A DNA stretch of 64,000 nucleotides from positions 1 to 64,000 of IMG/VR virus record IMGVR_UViG_3300008259_000011, one strand, 5' to 3'. The DNA is from a virus. The first letter of the stretch is position 1. Each line of letters begins with the position of its first letter. Positions 10,280 through 19,642 of the stretch are shown here, in pieces. A model generated the notes under the pieces. That model ran no database searches. It saw nothing but the letters and a program-made list of their open reading frames with translations, and was not told the DNA's origin. The position numbers were made by a program, and so were the translations under genes.

Positions 10280-11885
10280 TAAATCGTCTTCTAGTGTTAT
10301 TGAAAATGTTTTGAACGTCAGCAGTACTCAATGCTGTTTCATATACACGAGCACATGCTAATCTTCCGGGCCAATTTGAAGATCCCAATGACCACGGCGG
10401 TCCGCCAATACTTAAAACGGTTCCTAATGGACTGACCATAGAAAGTGTTGATGAATACAATGTTCCGTTGAAATAAAAATTAACAGTGGTTCCATTCCAT
10501 ACAAACGCAACGTGTTGCCATGTGTTTGCGGATGCACCAACAATTCCGTTATAGTCAATGTTATAAGTAACACATGACCACGTGTTTGAATTTATACGAA
10601 TTGCTCTAGTTGCACCATTTGTTGCAGTTCCACCAACACCCATAACATAATAATCGCCTGACGTTACAGTGGGATATGCCCATGCCATGATTGTACCGGT
10701 ACTTTGTTGATGTCTTGTAAATACAGAATTGACAAGATAATCACCGGACCCATCCAATACAAACACACCACCATTACCACCATCAGTTGTAAAATATGCG
10801 TTTCCGTTGAAAGTACAGTGATACAAATTTGGTGAACTATCTGATGCGTATGTTGTGAATGTACTGTTTCCAGTGGATGTAAATTTGTGAAGAGTAAATC
10901 CGGGTCTTGATGTGGTATCAACTGTACCACCAGTAGCACGTTGTGGTCCTTTGTATGCTACAACCACAATTCCAGATCCACCTTCACCGCCTTTGTTCGT
11001 AGCATTGTAGTGAGATCCACCACCACCTCCGCCGCCTGTATTCGTTCCACCATTTCCACCAGCAGTTTGTGCCCATGAACAACAACTTCCACCACCTCCT
11101 GCAGCACCGTTATTTAATCCTACACCACCTGAAGTTGTTCCAATTGCTCCACCACCACCACCTCCGATACCACCGTTTCCACCGGGATTCGTTGAATATG
11201 CAGCACCTCCCCCGCCGCCTCCCCAAAAATAACTGGTTCCTAGAATTGAACACTCTACACCATTGCCACCAGCAGGAGCACCTCCAGCCGTTCCTTCTCC
11301 ACCACGACCACCAGCTCCTCCTCCACCGCCAGAATAATACTGACCAGTTCCACCACCGCCTCTATTTCCGTAACCACCATATGTGGATGCAGGTTGAGTT
11401 GCAGCAGCACCACGTCCGCCTGCACCAGCAGCACCACCGTTACCGGTACCATCGCTGTATCCAGATGCTCCTCCTCCACTACCACCAGATCCGCCATATC
11501 CATAGTCTGGTGTATAGCCCCAATAAGAACTTGCTCCATATCCCCCACCGAGTGCGGTTCTTCCCGCAAATGATGAATCTCCACCATTGGTTCCACGAAT
11601 TGTAAATTGATGACCACCCGGCTGTGGTCCAGCGCCATCTGTTCTATAACCACCACTTCCTGCGGGAGCACCATATCCACCGATACCCACAGTTACGGTA
11701 TAAGACGTGCCTGGGTTGAGTTGCATGGCCGGGAAGTACAATACACCACCACCACCTCCACCACCTCCCATATCCATGCCTCCGCCGCCTCCACCACCAA
11801 CAATCAAAACTTCAAACGAACCATTGTCTGATCCGTCAATTGAAGCAACACATCCATCTGTAGCTATTCTTGGTCCGAAATGCAT
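10272..11885 (-). CDS. LamG-like protein with an inserted glycine-rich domain
   Basis: EVLIVGGGGGGG...GGGGGGGVLY...GGSGIVVVAY...HKFTSTG is a typical phage Gly-rich module. It sits between a LamG N-terminal strand and the LamG core, which ends RRRFNV. Confidence 0.82.
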   Translation of the reverse strand: MHFGPRIATDGCVASIDGSDNGSFEVLIVGGGGGGGMDMGGGGGGGGVLYFPAMQLNPGTSYTVTVGIGGYGAPAGSGGYRTDGAGPQPGGHQFTIRGTNGGDSSFAGRTALGGGYGASSYWGYTPDYGYGGSGGSGGGASGYSDGTGNGGAAGAGGRGAAATQPASTYGGYGNRGGGGTGQYYSGGGGGAGGRGGEGTAGGAPAGGNGVECSILGTSYFWGGGGGGAAYSTNPGGNGGIGGGGGGAIGTTSGGVGLNNGAAGGGGSCCSWAQTAGGNGGTNTGGGGGGGSHYNATNKGGEGGSGIVVVAYKGPQRATGGTVDTTSRPGFTLHKFTSTGNSTFTTYASDSSPNLYHCTFNGNAYFTTDGGNGGVFVLDGSGDYLVNSVFTRHQQSTGTIMAWAYPTVTSGDYYVMGVGGTATNGATRAIRINSNTWSCVTYNIDYNGIVGASANTWQHVAFVWNGTTVNFYFNGTLYSSTLSMVSPLGTVLSIGGPPWSLGSSNWPGRLACARVYETALSTADVQNIFNNTRRRFNV

Positions 11886-11886
11886 A

Positions 11887-12234
11887 TTAAACTTGGTCTG
11901 GTAGAATTATTCTCCATTCATCTGTATCCAATACATTTAGAATTTCTTCATGAGTATACTCTGGATATTCTGGTTTATAAATATCCGGACGACCATAAGT
12001 ACCTGCATATATTGTTGTGGTTTGAACTTCATGCGTTTCTGGATTTGTATACGTAAAAGTTTCGTCGTGTTCAATGATGTTCACTTCATACTTAACAAAC
12101 GTTTTGGTTTTATCGATGCTATATCGTAATGAATTTGCATCATAATCTAAAACCTGTGAAAAATTAACATCAGGCACCACACTTGCTGGTATGATTAACC
12201 ATCTTCTATTTGGAAACGGTGTTACAAATGACAT
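11887..12234 (-). CDS. Small partner protein of the LamG array
   Basis: NRRWLIIP...NFSQVL...LRYSIDKTKTFVKYE...YTHEEILNVLDTDEW. Confidence 0.78.
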   Translation of the reverse strand: MSFVTPFPNRRWLIIPASVVPDVNFSQVLDYDANSLRYSIDKTKTFVKYEVNIIEHDETFTYTNPETHEVQTTTIYAGTYGRPDIYKPEYPEYTHEEILNVLDTDEWRIILPDQV

Positions 12235-12252
12235 AGTATAAATAAATAGTTG

Positions 12253-13821
12253 TTATAGTCCGAATCTGTCCTTTAACGCTAGATAGTTATTGTATACTTC
12301 GGCTTCGGTTAAAACTCTACTGTATAATCTTACAATAGGTATGTCCCCCGCATATGAACGTGTTAAAGTATCAGGATTGCCACCATCGAAATCTGCACCT
12401 ATAGTAACCGCCGTAGAAACTGATCTGAGTGTGGTATTAGCACTATTTTCTGTTAACTGAATTTGACCATTACGATACATTTTCACGGTTCCATTATTAT
12501 AAGTTATCGTATAATTGATGTAAGATGATGTAGATAAATTATGAGCAATAGTATGTGTACTATAGTTAGTTCCCGCAGAGTTTCCCACCAAAAAATACAA
12601 ATTGCCTTGTGCAAACCAGTTCAAAAATAATAGAAAACAAAAGTTACTTTGTGAACTTGATCCCCATTTTGACACTAATGTTTTTGTTTGGGAAGTGCTA
12701 GTTGGTTTAGTCCACACATCAATTGTTAACAAAGAACTACTTGGTAATGCTGTAATCCCTGTACTTAAATAATCATTGGTTCCGTCAAAAAACGTTCTAG
12801 CTGACGAATCAAATGACAGATTAGTAACGTCTGGAGTATACCTATTTGTTAAATCTTTAACGGAGTTAGTATTACTTCGTGATGTCAAAACGAATTGTGT
12901 TGCGTGATCTTTTTGTTCACATTGCAGTTCTGCAATTTCAATATCACACGGACCACCACTGTCTAACCAAAAATAAAAATATATTACGCCGCCGGTAGCT
13001 GTTGATGTAAATGTTTTTGTCCATTTTTGCCATTCGTTTGTTAAAGATGGACTTTGATACGGACCTTGACTTGATGCGGTACCTGAAAAATACAAATCAA
13101 AGTGAATTAAAGCCCCTGGCTTCTTTGATCTTACATAACAACTAAAAGTGTATTGAGTATTTGCTGTATATGATGGAAATACACCATATGCCATTCCATC
13201 AATAACACCATCGGGTCTATGATAGTGTAACACCATACAGTCATGAACCACACCTTTATAATTAAAACCATTAGGAACAATTTCTTTAACTAGTCCAGAA
13301 TTTGGAAGATGTGCCGAACCCCACCACATTGTCGGAAAACTTGTACTATTTACAGAAATTCTTGTGTCAGATGCAATACTATCATGTACTTTATAATAGC
13401 CAGTTGACGTATTCCAATATCCCTGTGATCCATCCTGACTTGAATTGTATGCGTGTAAAGTAAACGTGGTGTTGGACAATTTTTTTATAAAGTAGAACGT
13501 TCCTGCAGTAACACCGCCACCTGTTGTTTGTGGTGTCACAACATCATATGTACGCAAAGGATGATTTCCAGATGTAGTAACAATATTACTTGCAACACTA
13601 CTGATAGTGCCTATTGAAAAATATGTATTGTTGTTATATTGATTGGTATTATAAGTTCCCCAATCATTTCCATACGATGGGTATGAATTTGCAACGTTTG
13701 AATTGTACGTCCCAATCAAATTTGTTGTCGGTTCTCCCAAAAACGAATTCTTTGTATCTGCAACATCATATGCAAAAAACAAACCAGTCGTATTAATTCT
13801 TGGATTTTGATTAAATGCCAT
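12253..13821 (-). CDS. LamG-like protein with inserted beta/CBM-like domains
   Basis: GLFFAYD...GEPTTN [insert] EQKDHATQF...FDGTNDY...YSRVLTEAEVYNNYLALKDRFGL. Confidence 0.83.
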   Translation of the reverse strand: MAFNQNPRINTTGLFFAYDVADTKNSFLGEPTTNLIGTYNSNVANSYPSYGNDWGTYNTNQYNNNTYFSIGTISSVASNIVTTSGNHPLRTYDVVTPQTTGGGVTAGTFYFIKKLSNTTFTLHAYNSSQDGSQGYWNTSTGYYKVHDSIASDTRISVNSTSFPTMWWGSAHLPNSGLVKEIVPNGFNYKGVVHDCMVLHYHRPDGVIDGMAYGVFPSYTANTQYTFSCYVRSKKPGALIHFDLYFSGTASSQGPYQSPSLTNEWQKWTKTFTSTATGGVIYFYFWLDSGGPCDIEIAELQCEQKDHATQFVLTSRSNTNSVKDLTNRYTPDVTNLSFDSSARTFFDGTNDYLSTGITALPSSSLLTIDVWTKPTSTSQTKTLVSKWGSSSQSNFCFLLFLNWFAQGNLYFLVGNSAGTNYSTHTIAHNLSTSSYINYTITYNNGTVKMYRNGQIQLTENSANTTLRSVSTAVTIGADFDGGNPDTLTRSYAGDIPIVRLYSRVLTEAEVYNNYLALKDRFGL

Positions 13822-13826
13822 ATAAT

Positions 13827-15074
13827 TTAAATACTAAAACGTCCACGTAATGCGTTGAAATTCGTTATCACTTCACTGTAATTCAATTCTCGATTATACA
13901 CTCTAACAATAGGAACTTCACCATTCATCCAATATACATTACCACCGCTGTGACTACTTGAACCAACAGTAGCACTAACATATGGATAATTTCCCATGTT
14001 TAAACCAGTCGCAGAATTACTCAAACTTCCATTTGCATAAACCAATATTTGTCCAGCGTTAGATGCAGTTTTTTTATAAACCATTACTACGTGATTGTAT
14101 AAACCTTTGGTGTTCAATGTTCCACTGGATGTACTAGTAGCAAATGCATATGAAGGATAATCCGGTGGACCAGTACGTACATAACAATCCACCGCATTAT
14201 TTGTATAATTATACCACAAGTTAAACCGATAATTTTCAAACAATGGACCGCCACTTCCCGTAGATCCGGTTGTTGCTTTAAACACAACTTCCACGGTTAC
14301 CTCAGTAACACTTGGATAAAAATACGGTTCTAATGCGGTTGGAAGAGATAGAGTATCATTTGTTCCATCAAAACTAAATGTACCATTTGATGAAAATGAT
14401 ACACCAGAAACATTCATTGTTTGTGTAGCATCTCTTATGTTAATCAGAGAATTTGTATTACTACGTGTTCCTAGAACTAAAGGTGTAACATATCCTTTCT
14501 GTTCAAGTTGATATCCAAAATATGCTAACTTTTCACCAACATTATCTCCGGTGTAACTACTCATGTACACACCGTTTTCGTTTGATTGTGTAGTGAAAGT
14601 TACAGTCAATCTAATCCATGTACTTCGTGGCCAATTCAAATAATTTGTATCACCATTATATGCAAAATTTCCAAGTGAATTATTATTTACATTGGTTCTC
14701 AGATATGGAGCTGCTTGCATAGATGTACCACTGAACCAATAATAAATGGACATCGAATATTGTGTACTTGGCGAAATTCCGATAATAGATGATCCCAAAT
14801 GTTGATTACCAACAGTAGTTACCACCGAACTAAAAATTCTTAAATTGCTGGTATCAACATTTGGTATAATTGGCTTTGCGATTGATGTGTCGTTATCATT
14901 AAAGACATTTGCACCCGAATTTACCCACCAATTACCGTTCGAATTCAAAAAATTATTGGTAGCATATGCTATATTGGTGGTTGGTTCGCCACGATATGAA
15001 TTTTTAAGATCATACATGTCGTAAGCAAACACCAATCCAGACACACTTGTTTTTAGACCATGATTTGTAGCCAT
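13827..15074 (-). CDS. LamG-like protein with CBM-like insert
   Basis: GLVFAYD...GEPTTN [insert] EQKGYVTPL...YNRELNYSEVITNFNALRGRFSI. Confidence 0.83.
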   Translation of the reverse strand: MATNHGLKTSVSGLVFAYDMYDLKNSYRGEPTTNIAYATNNFLNSNGNWWVNSGANVFNDNDTSIAKPIIPNVDTSNLRIFSSVVTTVGNQHLGSSIIGISPSTQYSMSIYYWFSGTSMQAAPYLRTNVNNNSLGNFAYNGDTNYLNWPRSTWIRLTVTFTTQSNENGVYMSSYTGDNVGEKLAYFGYQLEQKGYVTPLVLGTRSNTNSLINIRDATQTMNVSGVSFSSNGTFSFDGTNDTLSLPTALEPYFYPSVTEVTVEVVFKATTGSTGSGGPLFENYRFNLWYNYTNNAVDCYVRTGPPDYPSYAFATSTSSGTLNTKGLYNHVVMVYKKTASNAGQILVYANGSLSNSATGLNMGNYPYVSATVGSSSHSGGNVYWMNGEVPIVRVYNRELNYSEVITNFNALRGRFSI

Positions 15075-15078
15075 ACTT

Positions 15079-15086
15079 TATAAATA
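15079..15086 (-). promoter_or_regulatory. Putative late promoter motif TATTTATA, 4 nt before the ATG
   Basis: Minus strand reads CTATTTATAAAGT-ATG. Confidence 0.6.
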
Positions 15087-15094
15087 GAATCTAA

Positions 15095-16387
15095 TTAAAT
15101 TCCGTATCTGGTTCTATATTGAAGATAATGATCATATACTTCATTTGGAGACAATCTACGAAGATAAATAAACGCTTGATCAATTGATCCATCAAAATAA
15201 TAACCCCCGCCTTCTGCCTCGCCGCCGATAATCATTTCTTCCGCATCGTTACATTTAGTGAATGCGCCACTTGCACGTTGAGTTCCATCTAGATAAATAA
15301 TTCCAGTACCAAAATGGTACGTGTAAACTAGTTGATGCCAATTTCCATCAAATGCATTACTTCCTACCACAAATGCACCATTATAATTGCCATCTTGAAC
15401 TCCTATATTTGTATCACCAGAATTTTTTCCAATGAAAAACTCAGTTGCAGCTTCTTTTCCACCAAATATAGCAGAATATGTACGACCAGCTGTTCCCGTG
15501 TATTTGTAATAAGCAATCAATGTAAATGAATTTCCGTATGTAGCACGTGTATATCCAGCAGTCAAATAGTTACTACTACCATTAAATGTCAAATTTCCAG
15601 TTGCGTTAAATCCTGCATTTCCAAGTGTTATTGTAGACGATGGGTTGGCTAAGTTGACCAATCCACCTGTAGATGAACGTGTTAATGTTGTAAATGCGGT
15701 TGGAAAACTCTTTTGTTCTAACTGAAACGAACTAACATAAATAAAACTGGACCCGTTTGTTCCAACCAAATTTGGTCTAAACTGAACAGTTAAATATTTA
15801 CAATTATCCGCCCCACCATATGCACGTATAGTTGAGGAAGTAGTAAATCTTATAAAAATTCTTTGCCATTTATCACGGATATTAAGATTTGCTTCTGAGC
15901 TTACACTGTTAATATCACCACTATAATATCCATACGTTGGATGTGCAGTGGAATAATTGCCTGTGTGCCAATCTACACCTGTACTATTTTGAGTTGCCCA
16001 ACCAGCGGTTGCTCCACTTAAAACCACACCAGATGGTATATATACATAGATACTAGCAACATATGTGGTATCATATGTTCCAAAACTAGCTATAGTGACA
16101 CTTCCATTTTGTCCAATTCCAAATCTACTATATCCATCTGGATTTGAATCATAAATCTTCCACACTGTCATACCCGGCACGGGAGGTTGTACTACATCGG
16201 TTGATACTTGTACAATACCACTATGAGCGCAAGTATTAATTGGAATATAATTGTTGGCCGGACCCATACTTGTCAAATTATTAGCAAGATTGGTAGTGGG
16301 TTCTCCTAAAAACGAATTCTTAACATCTTGTGCATCATATGCCAAGATTAGAGAATCAGTATTAACTCTTGGTCCCATTCTGTTCAT
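15095..16387 (-). CDS. LamG-like protein with CBM-like insert
   Basis: GPRVNTDSLILAYD...GEPTTN [insert] EQKSFPTAF...WHQLVYTY...RTRYGI. Confidence 0.83.
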   Translation of the reverse strand: MNRMGPRVNTDSLILAYDAQDVKNSFLGEPTTNLANNLTSMGPANNYIPINTCAHSGIVQVSTDVVQPPVPGMTVWKIYDSNPDGYSRFGIGQNGSVTIASFGTYDTTYVASIYVYIPSGVVLSGATAGWATQNSTGVDWHTGNYSTAHPTYGYYSGDINSVSSEANLNIRDKWQRIFIRFTTSSTIRAYGGADNCKYLTVQFRPNLVGTNGSSFIYVSSFQLEQKSFPTAFTTLTRSSTGGLVNLANPSSTITLGNAGFNATGNLTFNGSSNYLTAGYTRATYGNSFTLIAYYKYTGTAGRTYSAIFGGKEAATEFFIGKNSGDTNIGVQDGNYNGAFVVGSNAFDGNWHQLVYTYHFGTGIIYLDGTQRASGAFTKCNDAEEMIIGGEAEGGGYYFDGSIDQAFIYLRRLSPNEVYDHYLQYRTRYGI

Positions 16388-18393
16388 CGTCCGTATCTCC
16401 CTTTTGTTGCGTTATAGTTTTGCAATACTTCAGCACCACTTAATGCTCTGTTATAAAACTGAACTAATCCCATATTCCCATTGAAGTAATTTTCATTACC
16501 TGTATGATTTGATTTTCCAATAAAGTTATTTTGTCCGGTGGTAGAATAAGTTATTGCACCGCTTGTATTATCAAGAACACCATCTGCATATGTTCTCAAG
16601 TTTGTACCATCAAAAGTTGCACCAATATAATGCCAGTTACCATCATTTAATGTTACACCAGCTGCACCTGCACCGGGATAAAAATCGTTGTTATATCCCA
16701 TCACACCAACACCACTTGAATACTTCACCAAGTTAAACGCTTGTGAATTTGCAGGAGTACCAGTTCCAACAAAACCAATAAGACCACCGGCTGTTGTTCT
16801 CATCCAAACAAATATTGATCGTGCACCATTGCCTGATACAGCAACATTTGTGGTGGTTAAATCAATAAAATCATTGGTTCCATCAAATAATATTGTTTGA
16901 TTACTATAGGTTGGTCCATTGGTTAATGAACCAGTATAATTGTTTCCACTAACATCATACCATACTGTTCCTGCGCCTGCATAACTATAAGGATTTCCGG
17001 CATCAAAATTACCAGTCAATCCACCTTGAACAATCGTTTGAAAAAAACGAGTGTTCAACATGTCATAATTCTGTTTTATTTCTTTTGCGGTAAGAATTCT
17101 GTTATATAAATGAATGGGACCAATACTTCCACTCCAATTTGTTCCGGCTACACATGGATCTTTTCCAATGGTTAACGGTGTATCATTCAAACCATTGCCA
17201 GTACTGGTACTTGCGGTACCAACCAAACTTCCGTTCAAATAAAATGTAACAGTTGTAGTTGTAGCAGAACTAGGTGCGCCAGCATTTGATGTCCAACATG
17301 CGTTATACCATGTATTTGCTTGTATTGTTGCAGCAACGCCGGTATATGAATATGCATAAACAGTACTATCAACTTGATGTAATGAAAACTCTGGTGAACA
17401 GTTGTCACTAAATATCATTTTATTTGCACCACCGGTACTTATACTTGACGCTTTAAACCACAAACTAACAGTTACAGTTGATCCATCGGGATTAAAATAT
17501 GGCACTGCACTTCCTTCATTTAAATAAAAATAATCATTAACACCATCAAGTGCTAACGCCCCACCGTTGTAATAATCAAAACGTGGCATGTTAGCTACAG
17601 TGCCTTCACCAAGTTTTGAATCATTGTTAAATACCAGATCTTGAATACTTCTATCAACGTTTGATATTCCCCACTTCAATCCCAAATAAGTGTGAACTTG
17701 TTTTCTTTCCTTAACAGTAAGAAGTCTATTAAAAACAATAATTTCAGCCGCTTCACAATTACTTTGTTCCCATCCTTGAGAATTAATCACCAATCCAGAT
17801 GGACCCGCTGCTGCGTCACCAGCTGGTGAATTTCGTATTGATGATCCATTACTAAACGCATCTGCGGTATCATTTGTAGATCCGCCCCAATCGCCCATGT
17901 ATATTCTCCACGTTGTATCCGCAGCATTAACTGCGTAAGCTATCCAACCTTCGGCGTAATATTGATTTACATAACCACCCCAATGACCCAATAACCAATT
18001 ATTATAATATGCAGTCAAAACTCTTCCATTTGCACCACCTGTCAATCTACTAACTACAAAAACCGTATTTGGAGAAGTTGATAAATTGATAGAAAGATTT
18101 CCTATTTGTTGTGCATTTGTTATGGTTATTGTTTTTCTTGAATTTAAAAAAGAATTTCTAGTAGGACCAGCAGAAACAGGAACCATATGGTAACCAGATC
18201 CACTTTTGTCTCTCCATTGACTAACCGTCGTACCAGAACTATAAGTAAAAGTAGAATCATCTGCCGCATCCATCCACATAACTAATCCGCCTTTCACAGG
18301 CAGAGTATATGAAGGCAAAGATTTATTATTGCCTGGATCCAGACATAATACTAAACCGTCAGTTGATATTTTTGGACTATATTGTAGTGCCAT
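16384..18393 (-). CDS. Multi-LamG protein (three lectin-like modules, one nested)
   Basis: GLVLCLD, then a nested GLVMWMDAAD...EIIVFNRLLT...YLGLKWG module, a LamG ending YNRILTAKEIKQNY, and a second full LamG ending YNRALSGAEVLQNYNATKGRYGR. Confidence 0.85.
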   Translation of the reverse strand: MALQYSPKISTDGLVLCLDPGNNKSLPSYTLPVKGGLVMWMDAADDSTFTYSSGTTVSQWRDKSGSGYHMVPVSAGPTRNSFLNSRKTITITNAQQIGNLSINLSTSPNTVFVVSRLTGGANGRVLTAYYNNWLLGHWGGYVNQYYAEGWIAYAVNAADTTWRIYMGDWGGSTNDTADAFSNGSSIRNSPAGDAAAGPSGLVINSQGWEQSNCEAAEIIVFNRLLTVKERKQVHTYLGLKWGISNVDRSIQDLVFNNDSKLGEGTVANMPRFDYYNGGALALDGVNDYFYLNEGSAVPYFNPDGSTVTVSLWFKASSISTGGANKMIFSDNCSPEFSLHQVDSTVYAYSYTGVAATIQANTWYNACWTSNAGAPSSATTTTVTFYLNGSLVGTASTSTGNGLNDTPLTIGKDPCVAGTNWSGSIGPIHLYNRILTAKEIKQNYDMLNTRFFQTIVQGGLTGNFDAGNPYSYAGAGTVWYDVSGNNYTGSLTNGPTYSNQTILFDGTNDFIDLTTTNVAVSGNGARSIFVWMRTTAGGLIGFVGTGTPANSQAFNLVKYSSGVGVMGYNNDFYPGAGAAGVTLNDGNWHYIGATFDGTNLRTYADGVLDNTSGAITYSTTGQNNFIGKSNHTGNENYFNGNMGLVQFYNRALSGAEVLQNYNATKGRYGR

Positions 18394-18397
18394 ATTG

Positions 18398-19642
18398 TTA
18401 TCCTAATCCGAACTTAACACGCATCATGTTGTAATTTGCAGAAACTTCTGAAGCGGTCAAAGCTCTATTATAGTAATAAATAGAAGCAATGTCACCTGTC
18501 CAAGGATCTGAGTTAACTTTATTTGCCCCGATTTTCAATGGAGGACTTCCACTTGCAGGATACAAATTTCCAGCGGGTACACTTGCGGTTGTATATTCAG
18601 AACCGTTAATATATAATCTTGCAGTAGTGCTATCCACAGTTAATGCAAAATGTCTCCATACATTGTCTGATATATTAAATCCAAACAAATTAGTGGCACT
18701 TGTTGATGTTCCATATAACATTACACGTAATGCATTGGTAGGACTCAATCCACTACGTATTCTACTAATATTCCAACCATTACCATTTGTACCATATACA
18801 TCAGAATTTCTAGATATGATCGTATCATGTGTGTCGTCACCTGTAGACGTTCTAAATACACCCATCACTGTAAATGTATTTGTATCTAATGTAGTTGAAT
18901 ATGGAACTTCAATATAATCATCAACTCCATCGAAATTAAAACTTCTATTGTGAAAATACAACACTCCATTATTCAATGTTCCATTCATTGATGGACTGAC
19001 AATATTTTTCCACGTTGCAACAGAAGATGTTGAACTAAAAGTTGAACCACCACTATCCGTCGAAATAAATTCCGCTTTTGGATTTTTGAAATAAATTGTT
19101 CCACTATCAGCTAATTTACCCGGCGAACAATAACCCGGATATAAAAACATTGCTTGTGTTCCAGTACCAGAAGTTGGTCCGGCGGTTAAAGTCAAACGTT
19201 GCCAAGTATCTTGATAGTTATTTGAAAGACGTGTACCTCCACTCAAAGCACTGCCTCCATAATTTTCATAAACAAGTACCATGTCATTCGGGTAACTTGT
19301 GGCAACATTAGTAGCTCCTGTTATTAAATAATCAACGTTAAGGGTGACATATACACCTGACGGTATAGGAACACTATTTCCATGATAGTGACAGCCAGAT
19401 ACACCCAATGCGTAACTATAAACGACATCAGAAGGTTTAACCGCATATCCACCAATTACGGTTCCGGCAGCAACACGTTGAAATGTTCCAGTACCATTAA
19501 GACTGAAAGTTACATTCTCAGTAACAAGTCCGGTTCCATATGAAATAAATCTATTAGGTGAATAACTTCTGTTGTTCTTTACATCCAAACAAAGAAGCAA
19601 TCCATTATCTACAATTAATGGCCCTGCGTTAATTGAACTCAT
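18398..19642 (-). CDS. LamG-like protein with insert
   Basis: GPLIVDNGLLLCLD...FDGVDDYI...YNRALTASEVSANYN. Confidence 0.83.
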   Translation of the reverse strand: MSSINAGPLIVDNGLLLCLDVKNNRSYSPNRFISYGTGLVTENVTFSLNGTGTFQRVAAGTVIGGYAVKPSDVVYSYALGVSGCHYHGNSVPIPSGVYVTLNVDYLITGATNVATSYPNDMVLVYENYGGSALSGGTRLSNNYQDTWQRLTLTAGPTSGTGTQAMFLYPGYCSPGKLADSGTIYFKNPKAEFISTDSGGSTFSSTSSVATWKNIVSPSMNGTLNNGVLYFHNRSFNFDGVDDYIEVPYSTTLDTNTFTVMGVFRTSTGDDTHDTIISRNSDVYGTNGNGWNISRIRSGLSPTNALRVMLYGTSTSATNLFGFNISDNVWRHFALTVDSTTARLYINGSEYTTASVPAGNLYPASGSPPLKIGANKVNSDPWTGDIASIYYYNRALTASEVSANYNMMRVKFGLG

